A stretch of 59,923 nucleotides of DNA. It comes from a virus. Taxonomy: Duplodnaviria > Caudoviricetes. How positions within the stretch are numbered: position 1 is the first letter of the stretch; every line of letters starts with the position of its first letter. Both the position numbers and the translations under genes were made by a program. The stretch is taken from positions 1-59,923 of IMG/VR virus record IMGVR_UViG_3300036793_000083, one strand, 5' to 3'. Positions 18,178-27,476 of this stretch are shown here, one piece after another. Under the pieces are notes generated by a model that saw nothing but the letters and a program-made list of their open reading frames with translations, ran no database searches and was not told the origin of the DNA.

Positions 18178-18411
18178 TCACGGCGCCGCCGACCTGTCCG
18201 GCATGGCCGCGATGATCGCCCGTGCGACGGCGGTGGCCATCACGTCCTCGCCGATCTGCTCGGCGTCGACCGCGCTCGACTCCAGCCACTGCGCCATTGC
18301 CTCGGCGGCCTCTGGAGGGACCTGGCCGACGCTCCGCAACGCAGCCGCAGCTACCCGGAGGTACGCCGCGTTCTTGCACATCAGGTCCGTGAAATCCAGC
18401 GTCTCGCCCAT
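18178..18411 (-). CDS. Hypothetical protein
   Basis: RBS GGGGAG. Confidence 0.55.
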   Translation of the reverse strand: MGETLDFTDLMCKNAAYLRVAAAALRSVGQVPPEAAEAMAQWLESSAVDAEQIGEDVMATAVARAIIAAMPDRSAAP

Positions 18412-18445
18412 GCCTTACTCCCCGTGTCAAAACCGATAAGCGACC

Positions 18446-18730
18446 TTATGTCAGGGCCTGACCTGCCCAAACGTCCGACGTGACGGACCGTGAGCGGACG
18501 TCATCCACCCTGCCGAGCGCCCGATTCACCCGCCGAGCACCGTCACCTGACGCCGCGTGCACCGCGCCGGCCGTCGGGCCCGCAGAGTCCGCCCGGACGG
18601 ATGCCGGGCACGGGTGCGCGTCGAACGTCGACTCCGACAAGTACGTGCGGTGACACCGCGGGCAGTGGCAGGAGTCCGGATCGGTCCATTTCGCCCGGCA
18701 CCTCCCGCACTTCGCGACCACTCGCGCCAC
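18446..18730 (-). CDS. FDXHR-type zinc-binding protein
   Basis: CGRC...CHCPRCHRTY...FDAH. Confidence 0.65.
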   Translation of the reverse strand: MARVVAKCGRCRAKWTDPDSCHCPRCHRTYLSESTFDAHPCPASVRADSAGPTAGAVHAASGDGARRVNRALGRVDDVRSRSVTSDVWAGQALT

Positions 18731-18748
18731 GGTGTCACCGCCTCCCGT

Positions 18749-19021
18749 TCAGCTCTTGTCAGCAGTCTGCGAGCCGGTGCGCTTACCCCGCCCGACCGAC
18801 ACCTGCCGAGTCTGGCTCGGCTTCGTGAGCACGCGGTGCAACGTGACGGCCTCCAGGCTGTTCAGCGAGTGAGTCACGGAGCTGATGTTCGGCATCGCAT
18901 CCCTCGCCGCGTCCTCGGACTCGAACGGGCCGAACGCCGCGATCACGCGTCCCTCTTCGTTCGTGCGCAGGACGACGGTCTCCTGCGGCTTGTCGCCGCC
19001 GAGGTCGATCATGTAACCCAT
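18749..19021 (-). CDS. Hypothetical protein
   Basis: FGPFES motif; operon packing. Confidence 0.55.
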   Translation of the reverse strand: MGYMIDLGGDKPQETVVLRTNEEGRVIAAFGPFESEDAARDAMPNISSVTHSLNSLEAVTLHRVLTKPSQTRQVSVGRGKRTGSQTADKS

Positions 19022-19026
19022 GTGTG

Positions 19027-19209
19027 TCAGCCCTTCGGATGGTCGGTGCGTGCGGTCGCCAGCGCGCGATCAAGCTCCCGTTCGAGCAGGTGGTTGATGA
19101 TCCAGTTCTGCGACCGGCCCTGCCCTTCCGGCGTCTCCGCGAACACGGAGAGTTTCTGCTGCACCCGTCCGTTTATGCGGAGCGTGGTCCTGATGCGGTC
19201 GTCTGGCAT
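19027..19209 (-). CDS. Arc-like ribbon-helix-helix regulator
   Basis: RTTLRI...QKL..FA......RSQNWIINHLLE. Imperfect palindrome TGACGCC-N5-GGTGTCA upstream (19230-19248). Confidence 0.7.
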   Translation of the reverse strand: MPDDRIRTTLRINGRVQQKLSVFAETPEGQGRSQNWIINHLLERELDRALATARTDHPKG

Positions 19210-19245
19210 ACCCCCGATCTTACCATTGTTGACGCCTTAGTGGTG

Positions 19246-19395
19246 TCAGGTGACCACCCGTTTCCGCGCGGCCCGTCGCACCGCGCGGAGGATGCCCGAG
19301 GTGATCGAGAGGGCGAGAATCATCACGCCCGCGCCGGTCAGGAACCATACGGGGAACGGACGTACGGGGCGGTTGGTACGGCTGGCTGCGGACAT
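19246..19395 (-). CDS. Small membrane protein
   Basis: RBS GGGAGG; one TM segment. Confidence 0.45.
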   Translation of the reverse strand: MSAASRTNRPVRPFPVWFLTGAGVMILALSITSGILRAVRRAARKRVVT

Positions 19396-19487
19396 GTCTG
19401 CCTCCCTGAATATTGCCCAGTGCCGCATATATGCCCCATGATGATCGAGGGGTCGCGGTAAAGGTTGCGGTCAGGGGAGGTCAAGGC

Positions 19488-20027
19488 ATGGGAACTTCCG
19501 GCGACGGCAACCGGGGACGCACCGGGCGCGGCAAGTGGACGCGCACCCCGGAATACGCCGACCGCGACCGACGGGCCGCCGAGATGTGGGCCGAGGGCGA
19601 GACGTTCGAGGCGATCGCCAGCGAGCTCGAATACGGCCACCGCGGTCACGCCCACCGAGCCGTGAAGCGGCTGTTCGCCGGCATCGATGACGAAGGCCGG
19701 GAAATGATGATCCGGCGTCATCAGGAAGCGCTCGACCTGCTCACCCGGACCGTCATCACCGTGATGCGCACGGATCACTACGTGGTATCCGACGGCCGGG
19801 TGGTCAAGGGCGAGGACGGCCTGCCCCTGATCGATGACGGCCCGGTACTGAGCGCGGTCAACACACAGATCCGCGTCCTGGACCGCTACGCCCGACTGAT
19901 GGGCCTGGACGCACCGAAGCGCGTCGAGCACACCGACGCCGCGTCGGGTGACCTGGATCGGGCCGTGCGGGAACTGGTCGCTGAGCTGTCCGCACGGGCA
20001 GCCGGCGCTCCGGTCCCACCGGAGTGA
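19488..20027 (+). CDS. terS: Terminase small subunit (HTH)
   Basis: HTH (AEMWAEGETFEAIASELEY), RYARLMGLDAP; directly upstream of TerL. Confidence 0.75.
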   Translation: MGTSGDGNRGRTGRGKWTRTPEYADRDRRAAEMWAEGETFEAIASELEYGHRGHAHRAVKRLFAGIDDEGREMMIRRHQEALDLLTRTVITVMRTDHYVVSDGRVVKGEDGLPLIDDGPVLSAVNTQIRVLDRYARLMGLDAPKRVEHTDAASGDLDRAVRELVAELSARAAGAPVPPE

Positions 20028-22819
20028 CGCTGGCCGCTGTCGCGCGCCTCGCCGAGGGACGATCCGGCGAGGAGATCGCGGCACTCACCGGCCGCGTGCG
20101 CGCCGAGGCCGCCCGCCTGCGCACCGCCCGCCTGCACTCGACGCCGCTGGATCTTGCGGTGTCCTGCGACCCGACGCTGGTCCGCACGGCCGCGCTGGAT
20201 CTGGTCAACGCCCGGATCTCCGAGACGGTGCAGCGCCCCGGTGGCCGCCTGGTCGTGAGCGTCCCGCCGCAGGAAGGAAAAGCGCTGGATGCGGCGACAC
20301 CGATCCTGACGGTCAACGGATGGTCAACGATGGCCGACCTGCGCGTCGGTGATCAGGTATTCCACCCCGACGGCCACTCGACGCGAGTTACCGCAGTGTC
20401 ACCCGTGATGCACGAACGTCCGTGTTACCGGGTGACCACGCGCGATGGGCGCAGCGTCGTCGCCGATGGCGAGCATCTATGGACAGTCCAGGATCTACGA
20501 CGGATCACGTCTAAGGGGCCGATTGCTTCGCGGGTCAGGTCCCGTCACTGGGAGACGCTGACCACTGCGCAGTTGATCTACCGGGGATTGCTCCGCGACG
20601 AAGGGCTGCGCCCCAACGGCACTGCGCACCGGGCGTACGCGTTTCGCCTCCCCGTACAGCAGGCGATCGTATCCAAGCCGACCGACCTGCCGATCGACCC
20701 TTACCTGCTCGGTGCGTGGCTCGGGGACGGGGCTAGCAGGTCTGCGCATATCACCGTCGGTGACCAGGACCAGCGGGAGACGCTGGATCAGATCGCGGCA
20801 TGCGCTCGCATCGTGTCCACCCGCCGCGAGGGACGCACTGCATGGTCGATCCGGTTTTCGACAGGGCCGATGCGTGACGGTTTCGAGTCCAGGTGCCGCC
20901 GTCTCGGCGTGTGGGGAAATAAGCACATCCCGGATATCTACTTGTCGGCCGGCACTGAGCAGCGGCTAGCGCTCCTGCAGGGCCTGCTCGACACCGATGG
21001 GTCGATCTTCCGCACGGAGCGATCCAGCCGTGTCGAGTTCACCTCCTGCCGGAAGGTGCTCGCGATCGGCACCCTGTTTCTAGTCAGGTCACTGGGCTGG
21101 CGTGCGACCATCCGCGAGTCAGCCGCCTCGCTCAATGGTCGCGAGGTTGGCCGACGATGGCGGGTGTGCTTCACCCCGGAGCGAGGCGGCTATGAACCGT
21201 TCCGTCTCCGGCGCAAGGCGGAACGCGTGCAGGTATCACAGTCGCGCGCCGGAGAGCTGCACGCCGTGTCCATCGTCGCGATAGAGCCGGTGGAGTCCAC
21301 GCCGGTCCGGTGCATCCAAGTGGATCGACCAGACGGACTGTTCCTCGCCGGCCGTGACCTGATGGCCACGCACAACTCGACGCTCCTGCGCTGGACCTGC
21401 GCACACACGCTGGTGCGCCGTCCCTCGACGCGCCTGGTCTACGCCTCCTATGCCGCGTCGCTGGCCCGCACGTCGGGACGCACGGTGCGCTCGTTCGTCA
21501 AGACGCACGCCCGCGACTGGGGGATCACGGTCGCCTTGGATCACGCCGACGCATCCGACTGGCAGCTGGCAGGCCACGAGGGCAGCGTGTTCACGGTCGG
21601 CATCGGTGGCGGCCTGACCGGTAGGCCCGCCGATGGCCTGATCATCGATGACCCGCTGGCCGGCCGTCAGGAAGCGGACTCCGAGGCGATGCTGTCCGCG
21701 ATGCATGACTGGTGGCAGTCGGTCGCCCGGACCCGTCTCGCTCCCGACGCGTGGGTGATCGTCGTGCAGACCCGATGGACCGAGGACGACCTGGCCGGGC
21801 GCCGGGTCGCCGAGGGCTGGCCGCTGGTGAACATCCCCGCGCTCGCCGACGGTCATGCGCCCGACGCGCTGGCCCGCCCGGTGGGCGAGTGGCTGGAATC
21901 GGCGCGCGGTCGCACCGTGCAGGACTGGCTCGATACCCGCCGCGACGTCGGCGAGCGCGAGTTTCAGGCGATGTATCAAGGTGCGCCTGCCGCGCCCGAG
22001 GGCGGCATCTTCCGTCGTGCGTGGTTCGCCCGTGACCGCGTGGACGTCCGCCCACCGGGTCCCGTGCTGGTGATGGTCGACCCGGCGGACAACTCGGGCG
22101 ATGGCGATGAGGCGGGCGTGTTGGTCGGCTCGATGGACGCGGCGCGGCGGGTGTACGTCGGGCCCGACTACTCGGGGCACTACACCGCGGCGCGCTGGAT
22201 CCGGGTGGCACTACTGGCCGTGGTCCGCCACCGCGCCGGGTCGCTGGCGTATGAGCAGTCGCTGTCTGGCCTGGATCGCAGCACGCGCCACGGTTGGCGT
22301 TCGCTGCGCCAGCAGGCCACCATCCTGCGCCGCCTCGCCGAGCAGTTCGGTGACGATCCGGACGGCTCCCCGTCCGCCACCGTGATCGCCGCTGCCGCTG
22401 CCGAGCTCACGCACCCGACCGATCCGCTCGACACGGTGGCCGAGGTCCGCGCGGAACTGATCGAGCTCTGGCCGCTGGTCGGCGTCACGCTCGACACCTA
22501 CCCGGACACCGGCCCGATCATCCGGCGTGTGACCGCGAAGGGCACAAAGGAACTCCGGGCGCAGCTGGCCGCGCCGCTCTACGAACAGCGGCGGATCTCG
22601 CACATCGGGCACCTGACCGCGCTCGAACATCAGATGGCGACGTGGCAGGTGGGCCAGTCCAGCCCTGACCGGATGGACACCGCCGTGCACCTCGTGATGC
22701 AACTGACCGGCACCGGCCCGGCCTCATTGGAGCGCCCGGTGGGAACGATGCCGACGCGTTCCACGAAGCCGCCGCGCTCTCCCCGTGGCGCCGCGATCAC
22801 GAGGAGTACGACGCGATGA
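20024..22819 (+). CDS. terL: Terminase large subunit with intein
   Basis: P-loop PPQEGK|S, LIIDDP, VQTRW, MVDPA, SPDRMD. Confidence 0.93.
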   Translation: MTLAAVARLAEGRSGEEIAALTGRVRAEAARLRTARLHSTPLDLAVSCDPTLVRTAALDLVNARISETVQRPGGRLVVSVPPQEGKALDAATPILTVNGWSTMADLRVGDQVFHPDGHSTRVTAVSPVMHERPCYRVTTRDGRSVVADGEHLWTVQDLRRITSKGPIASRVRSRHWETLTTAQLIYRGLLRDEGLRPNGTAHRAYAFRLPVQQAIVSKPTDLPIDPYLLGAWLGDGASRSAHITVGDQDQRETLDQIAACARIVSTRREGRTAWSIRFSTGPMRDGFESRCRRLGVWGNKHIPDIYLSAGTEQRLALLQGLLDTDGSIFRTERSSRVEFTSCRKVLAIGTLFLVRSLGWRATIRESAASLNGREVGRRWRVCFTPERGGYEPFRLRRKAERVQVSQSRAGELHAVSIVAIEPVESTPVRCIQVDRPDGLFLAGRDLMATHNSTLLRWTCAHTLVRRPSTRLVYASYAASLARTSGRTVRSFVKTHARDWGITVALDHADASDWQLAGHEGSVFTVGIGGGLTGRPADGLIIDDPLAGRQEADSEAMLSAMHDWWQSVARTRLAPDAWVIVVQTRWTEDDLAGRRVAEGWPLVNIPALADGHAPDALARPVGEWLESARGRTVQDWLDTRRDVGEREFQAMYQGAPAAPEGGIFRRAWFARDRVDVRPPGPVLVMVDPADNSGDGDEAGVLVGSMDAARRVYVGPDYSGHYTAARWIRVALLAVVRHRAGSLAYEQSLSGLDRSTRHGWRSLRQQATILRRLAEQFGDDPDGSPSATVIAAAAAELTHPTDPLDTVAEVRAELIELWPLVGVTLDTYPDTGPIIRRVTAKGTKELRAQLAAPLYEQRRISHIGHLTALEHQMATWQVGQSSPDRMDTAVHLVMQLTGTGPASLERPVGTMPTRSTKPPRSPRGAAITRSTTR
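20282..21376 (+). mobile_element. Class 3 (Ala1) intein with LAGLIDADG homing endonuclease, 365 aa
   Basis: Starts ALD, ends THN|S. WCT triad (EHLW, VRCI, THN); LGAWLGDG and LQGLLDTDG. Confidence 0.9.
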
Positions 22820-22980
22820 GGGACCGATGCCAGCGCAGGCCGCTGACCGCATACGAGGCGTGGAAGGTGGCCACGGGCAGCGCCCGCCTCCAGCGGATCC
22901 GTCGTCGCACGGGTGAGGCGCGGCGCCCGATCCGCCACTGCCGGACCTGCGGTGCGTGGCACGTGGGCGTACGACGGTGA
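22816..22980 (+). CDS. Small Zn-ribbon-like protein
   Basis: Hand-translated 54 aa with HCRTCGAWH; ATGA and GTGA overlaps. Confidence 0.55.
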   Translation: MRDRCQRRPLTAYEAWKVATGSARLQRIRRRTGEARRPIRHCRTCGAWHVGVRR

Positions 22981-23471
22981 CCGCGCAGATCCCGCGATCG
23001 ACGGGTGCCCTGCACGGCCCGGCGTCGTCGCCGCGCCAGGTCCGTCAGGTGATCCTGCGTGTGGAGGAGCCGCAGCCCGGCATGCTGCGCCTGACCACGC
23101 TGACCGCCTCGGGCTGGTCGGTCGCGGTGCGCACGCCGCACGAACTCGCGCGGGCGATCGCGCTGGCGTTCACCGAGGCGCAGGTGGCCGCCTACTCGCG
23201 CTGGCGCGGCCACGAGTACGACGCGGAAGAGATGATCCGGCGCCCGTCCAAGCCGCGTCGCCGGTCCACCGAGCGCTGCGACGTGTACGACCCGCGCGAG
23301 TGGCGCCTGACCAGCGACGGACGCTGGCGAGCGCCAGGGGGCAACGTTTACCGCGAAGAAACCGCTACCGTACAGAGTGTGATGCAGCGCCGTATGCGCC
23401 TCGGGCTGACGGCTCGGCCGGACCCGGTGGATAAGCGCGGACTGCTCGGTGGAGAGGTGGGGTCAACATGA
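22977..23471 (+). CDS. Hypothetical protein
   Basis: Coupled ORF. Confidence 0.6.
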   Translation: MTAQIPRSTGALHGPASSPRQVRQVILRVEEPQPGMLRLTTLTASGWSVAVRTPHELARAIALAFTEAQVAAYSRWRGHEYDAEEMIRRPSKPRRRSTERCDVYDPREWRLTSDGRWRAPGGNVYREETATVQSVMQRRMRLGLTARPDPVDKRGLLGGEVGST

Positions 23472-23806
23472 TCGACGTGCGAGTGCGGACGTACACGGCG
23501 CGGCCGGTCGACGTGGAGGCAGTGATGTGGCCCGGGTCGGCGTCGGCTGCCGAGCCGGTGCTGCGCTGGATCGGGTCGCATGGTGGCGAGGCGCGTTACT
23601 GCGACCCGGCGTGTGTGCACGGTGAGCACCTGCAGATCAGCCGCGCGGGCGGCGTGACGCCGGTGTACCCGGGTGACTGGGTGGTGTGCGGTGTCGATGG
23701 CACGTTCGACGCCGTACGCCCGGCGACGTTCGCGGCGCTGTACGACGAAGTGAGCACCTACCCGTCGGATCTGCCGAACCTGATCCGGCAGGCGGCTGGA
23801 CTGTGA
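23468..23806 (+). CDS. Conserved phage protein (PGDW/PGDY-type)
   Basis: PVDVEAVMW...VYPGDWVV...F..VRPATFAALY. Confidence 0.7.
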   Translation: MIDVRVRTYTARPVDVEAVMWPGSASAAEPVLRWIGSHGGEARYCDPACVHGEHLQISRAGGVTPVYPGDWVVCGVDGTFDAVRPATFAALYDEVSTYPSDLPNLIRQAAGL

Positions 23807-23973
23807 ACGCGGTGGCGGTGGCTGCCGGGCTTGCCTTGCTCGGCGTCGCCGCTGTCACCGCGATGCGCCACCCGCGCAGCGGTGTCGCGCTGGTGCTCGC
23901 GGCGACGGGACTGTTCGCGGCCTCGGGCGTGCTGATGGTCGTGACCGGCCTGACGATGGTGACATGGGGGTGA
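23803..23973 (+). CDS. Small membrane protein
   Basis: 2 TM segments; GTGA overlap. Confidence 0.5.
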   Translation: MNAVAVAAGLALLGVAAVTAMRHPRSGVALVLAATGLFAASGVLMVVTGLTMVTWG

Positions 23974-24194
23974 GCGTGAATCAGTTGCGCGTTCTGTGGA
24001 TCGAGCGGAAATACCACATCCGCAAGCGCCGCGAGGCCCTGCTGATGGCGATCGCCTGGCGACTGCCCCGCGAACTGGTCATGTGGTGCTATGTCCGGGT
24101 TGCCTCGCACGCGACCACCGGACAGTTCAGCGATACCGTCGTGCCCGAGTTGGGCATGGTGGACGCCCTGCATCGATGGGACCAGCCACGATGA
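23970..24194 (+). CDS. Hypothetical protein
   Basis: IAWRLPRELVMWC; coupled. Confidence 0.55.
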   Translation: MSVNQLRVLWIERKYHIRKRREALLMAIAWRLPRELVMWCYVRVASHATTGQFSDTVVPELGMVDALHRWDQPR

Positions 24195-24511
24195 ACACCG
24201 TGCGCGGCCGGTGGTTCCCCGCCTCGGTAGTGCTGCCCGAGTATCGCGAACCGTGGCGCCGCTGCTACGTGCTGGCCGGCGACGCTGGCCTGTACGTCTA
24301 CAAGAGTCCGTCCGAGGACGCGCACTGGCACGCGGGCGTGGACTGGGCAGCCGTGACGCTGCCCCGTGACGACCATGCCGCCCGCCGTGGTTTCGAGGTG
24401 CGCACCGCGCTGGGCCTCGCGGTGGTGACCCTCGGCACCGGCTGCCGCTGCGGGCAGCTCGGCCGCTGGGCAGGCCCACTGTGGGCAAGGTCTGAGATGG
24501 TCCGTGCCTGA
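24191..24511 (+). CDS. Hypothetical protein
   Basis: GCRCG; coupled. Confidence 0.55.
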   Translation: MNTVRGRWFPASVVLPEYREPWRRCYVLAGDAGLYVYKSPSEDAHWHAGVDWAAVTLPRDDHAARRGFEVRTALGLAVVTLGTGCRCGQLGRWAGPLWARSEMVRA

Positions 24512-24803
24512 GTGGTTCACGCCCTGGTGGCTCGCGCTCGACGCCCTGGCCGCCTTCCGGCTGACCCGCCTGATCACACGCGACTCGCTGCCCGGCTTCG
24601 CTCGCCTGCGGGATGCTGCCCTGGATCGCTGGCAGGGCAGCGCGTGGGCAGATCTGATCGAGTGCCCGTGGTGCATCGGTTTCTGGATCGCGTGCTCCGT
24701 GCTCGCGGTGCACGCCCTCGCGCCGGGACTCTGGCCGTGGGCGGCCGCCGCGCTGGCCCTCTCGGCGGTGACTGGCCTGCTGTCCGAGTGGGTGGATCGA
24801 TAG
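24504..24803 (+). CDS. DUF1360-like membrane protein
   Basis: LAAFRLTRLITRD...LIECPWCIGFW; typical position before portal. Confidence 0.8.
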   Translation: MPEWFTPWWLALDALAAFRLTRLITRDSLPGFARLRDAALDRWQGSAWADLIECPWCIGFWIACSVLAVHALAPGLWPWAAAALALSAVTGLLSEWVDR

Positions 24804-24812
24804 GAGGCGCGG

Positions 24813-27476
24813 GTGGCCCTGCTGGATCACCTCCTGATCCGCTCCGCGCCGAGCGCCGCACGCGAACAGCCTGACCTCTCCCCGTTCTGGCGTGCGCAGC
24901 GTGGTACCCGCGTGCTTCGCGCCGATGGCCAGCGGTGGGACCTGACGAAGAGAGACGCCGGTAACCGGATCGCGGTGCTGCGCCAGCAGTGGCAGGCCGA
25001 CGCGTGGGACTACCGCGACATGATCGGGGAGCTTCGTTACGCGCAACGCCTGCTGGCCCGCAGCGTGACCCGCGTGCGCTTTTTTGCGGCCGAGTTGCGC
25101 GACTACCCCGAAGGCCCGGCCGAACTGTCCGGCACCGATCACGACCTGGACACGCAGCTAGCCGCCGACGCGGTGGCGAACCTGTCACGCCTGCCGATGG
25201 ACGACGGCCCGGACGGGTTTATCGCCGCGCTCACGGAGAACATCGAGACGGCCGGCGAGTGCTGGGTTCACGGGGAGCCGCAGGGTCGCAGCGACGAACT
25301 GTGGACGGTGCGCAGTATCAGCGAGATCACCTCCGCAGGCGATCAGGTGATGCTCTCGGAGCTGCCGAACAACGCCCTGTCCGGCCAGCGGATGATCGGC
25401 CAGGATGAAGAGCTGTTGCGGTGCTGGGTGCGTCACCCGCGATGGGGGCAGTTGGCCGACGGGCCGCTGCGCGCCATGCTCGACGTGCTGGAGGAGATCG
25501 TCCTCACCGGCCGGGAGATGCGCGCTGCCAGCCGCTCACGCATCGCGGCGAACGGCGTGCTGTTGATCCCCGACGAGTTGTCCCTGTTGCGCCCGCGCGG
25601 TGACGAAGAGGCAGAGGCCACCTTCGCGGCGTTGGATGACGACTTTTTGAACGACTTCACCCAGGACATGATCGCGCCGATCCGCAACGAGGGCGACGCG
25701 GGCGCGGTGGTTCCCCTGATCCTGCGCGGCCCGGCCGAGCACCTGAAAGAAGTGCGCCAGGTCGTGCTGCAGCGTGACGACGCCTCCAAGCTGGAGGCGC
25801 GATTGTCCGGTGCGGTGCTGCGGATGCTGAAGGGCCTGGATATCCAGCCTGAGCAGGTGCAGGGCATGGGCGCGTCCAATCACTGGACCGCCTGGCTTAT
25901 CGAGGCGAAAGATGTTCGCCAGCAGGTAGAGCCGACCTCGGCCATTGTCGCGTCCTGCCTGACGAAGGCCTTCCTTCGCCCCGCGCTGCTCGCTCTCGGC
26001 CACGATCCGGAGCAGGTCCGTCGGGTGATCGTCGCGAACGACGTCTCCGATCTGGTGGAGAATCCGGACCGCAGCGCCGACGCTAAGGACGCATGGGACC
26101 GCGACGCGATCACCGACGAAGCCCTGCGCGAGGCGCTGGGTTTCGACGCCGACGACGCCCCCGACGGCCATCAGCACCTTGCCCGCCTGCTGGCGAAGGG
26201 ACGCCTCACGCCCGAGGCGGTGCCGTTGATTGCCGCGCTGGAAGGCATGGACATGACCGACGCGGTGCTGCAGCAGGCGCTGAGGATCAGTATCGGCATG
26301 GCCGCGAAGCCTAACCCCGGCCAGCTCGGCGTCGGCGGGCAGAACACACCGCCGTCCGGCAATGCAAACCCTGCCGCGCCCGGCCAGCGCGTGCCGGATC
26401 AGCCGATACCCGCGACGCAGGCCGCGCAGGTGGTGGCGTCGGGCCCGCCGGATCCGCTGGAGGGCTGGACGGTCGACGTCGACACCGCCCGCGAACTGGC
26501 AGCCATCGACGCCGCGCTGGTGGAACGCATCGTCACCGCGGCGGATGCGGCGATCGCGCGGGTGATCGAGCGCGCGGGCGGACGGGCGCGCAACGCGGTG
26601 CGCAAGGACAAGACGCTGGCGGCGAAGGTCGCCGAGGTGGACACGGTGCGCGTCGCCGCTGCCCTCGGCGCTGAGACCCTACTGGCCTACGCGTCGCTGC
26701 CGGATCTGCTCGCGGAGACCTATGACCGGCTGAAATCGCAGGTGAGTCGCTGGCTGGCCGACGCCGCCGAGCAGGCCGCGCGGGTGACGCTGCGTCTGCT
26801 GAAACTGGACCGGCGCAGCCCCCGTGGGCGTGAGGTGTTCGAGCAGGTGACGACGCTCCTGGAGCCTCACCGTGACGCCGCGGTGTCCGCGCTAGTGGAG
26901 TCGATGACCAGCGCCGCCGAGCGCGCGCTGTTCCGTGCCGACCCGCTGGCGCCGCTGCCGGATCAGCGCGGTGAGCAGTTCGACACCCTGGTCAGTCCGT
27001 CCGAGGTGATGGCCGCGGTGCGCATGGCAGGCGGTGGTCAGCCCGGCGATCAGGGCGGACTCGGCACCGGTCCGGTGATCACGGACGCGCTGGAGAGCCA
27101 GGGCGCGCTCCTGCTGGGCCACGAGTGGCAGTACCACCCGGAGCGGTCGCGTAACACGTTTCCTCCGCATCTCGCGCTGGACCAGGCGCGGTTCACGACG
27201 TTCACTGACCCGAAGCTCCGCCCGGACCTCCGGGCGGCGTGGGTCGGTCCATTCCTGCATCCCGGTGACCATCTGGGGTGCAGGTGCAGCACCTCACCCA
27301 TCGTCGCGGTGCCCGAGGCGGGCGCGGATCTGTCACGGCTGCGCGAGCCGACGGATCCGCTGCAGCGGGCACTAGCGGAGTCGGATACTGCGGCGGGCCG
27401 ACAGGGCACCTCGGCGCAGCGTCAGGTGGAGGTGCGGGACCGGCTCACTCGCGCCGTGATCGAGAGGGCGGCGTAA
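24813..27476 (+). CDS. Portal protein fused to a MuF-like minor head domain
   Basis: WQADAWDYRDMIGELRY, SNHWTAW portal motifs; C-terminal HPGDHLGCRC. Confidence 0.8.
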   Translation: MALLDHLLIRSAPSAAREQPDLSPFWRAQRGTRVLRADGQRWDLTKRDAGNRIAVLRQQWQADAWDYRDMIGELRYAQRLLARSVTRVRFFAAELRDYPEGPAELSGTDHDLDTQLAADAVANLSRLPMDDGPDGFIAALTENIETAGECWVHGEPQGRSDELWTVRSISEITSAGDQVMLSELPNNALSGQRMIGQDEELLRCWVRHPRWGQLADGPLRAMLDVLEEIVLTGREMRAASRSRIAANGVLLIPDELSLLRPRGDEEAEATFAALDDDFLNDFTQDMIAPIRNEGDAGAVVPLILRGPAEHLKEVRQVVLQRDDASKLEARLSGAVLRMLKGLDIQPEQVQGMGASNHWTAWLIEAKDVRQQVEPTSAIVASCLTKAFLRPALLALGHDPEQVRRVIVANDVSDLVENPDRSADAKDAWDRDAITDEALREALGFDADDAPDGHQHLARLLAKGRLTPEAVPLIAALEGMDMTDAVLQQALRISIGMAAKPNPGQLGVGGQNTPPSGNANPAAPGQRVPDQPIPATQAAQVVASGPPDPLEGWTVDVDTARELAAIDAALVERIVTAADAAIARVIERAGGRARNAVRKDKTLAAKVAEVDTVRVAAALGAETLLAYASLPDLLAETYDRLKSQVSRWLADAAEQAARVTLRLLKLDRRSPRGREVFEQVTTLLEPHRDAAVSALVESMTSAAERALFRADPLAPLPDQRGEQFDTLVSPSEVMAAVRMAGGGQPGDQGGLGTGPVITDALESQGALLLGHEWQYHPERSRNTFPPHLALDQARFTTFTDPKLRPDLRAAWVGPFLHPGDHLGCRCSTSPIVAVPEAGADLSRLREPTDPLQRALAESDTAAGRQGTSAQRQVEVRDRLTRAVIERAA

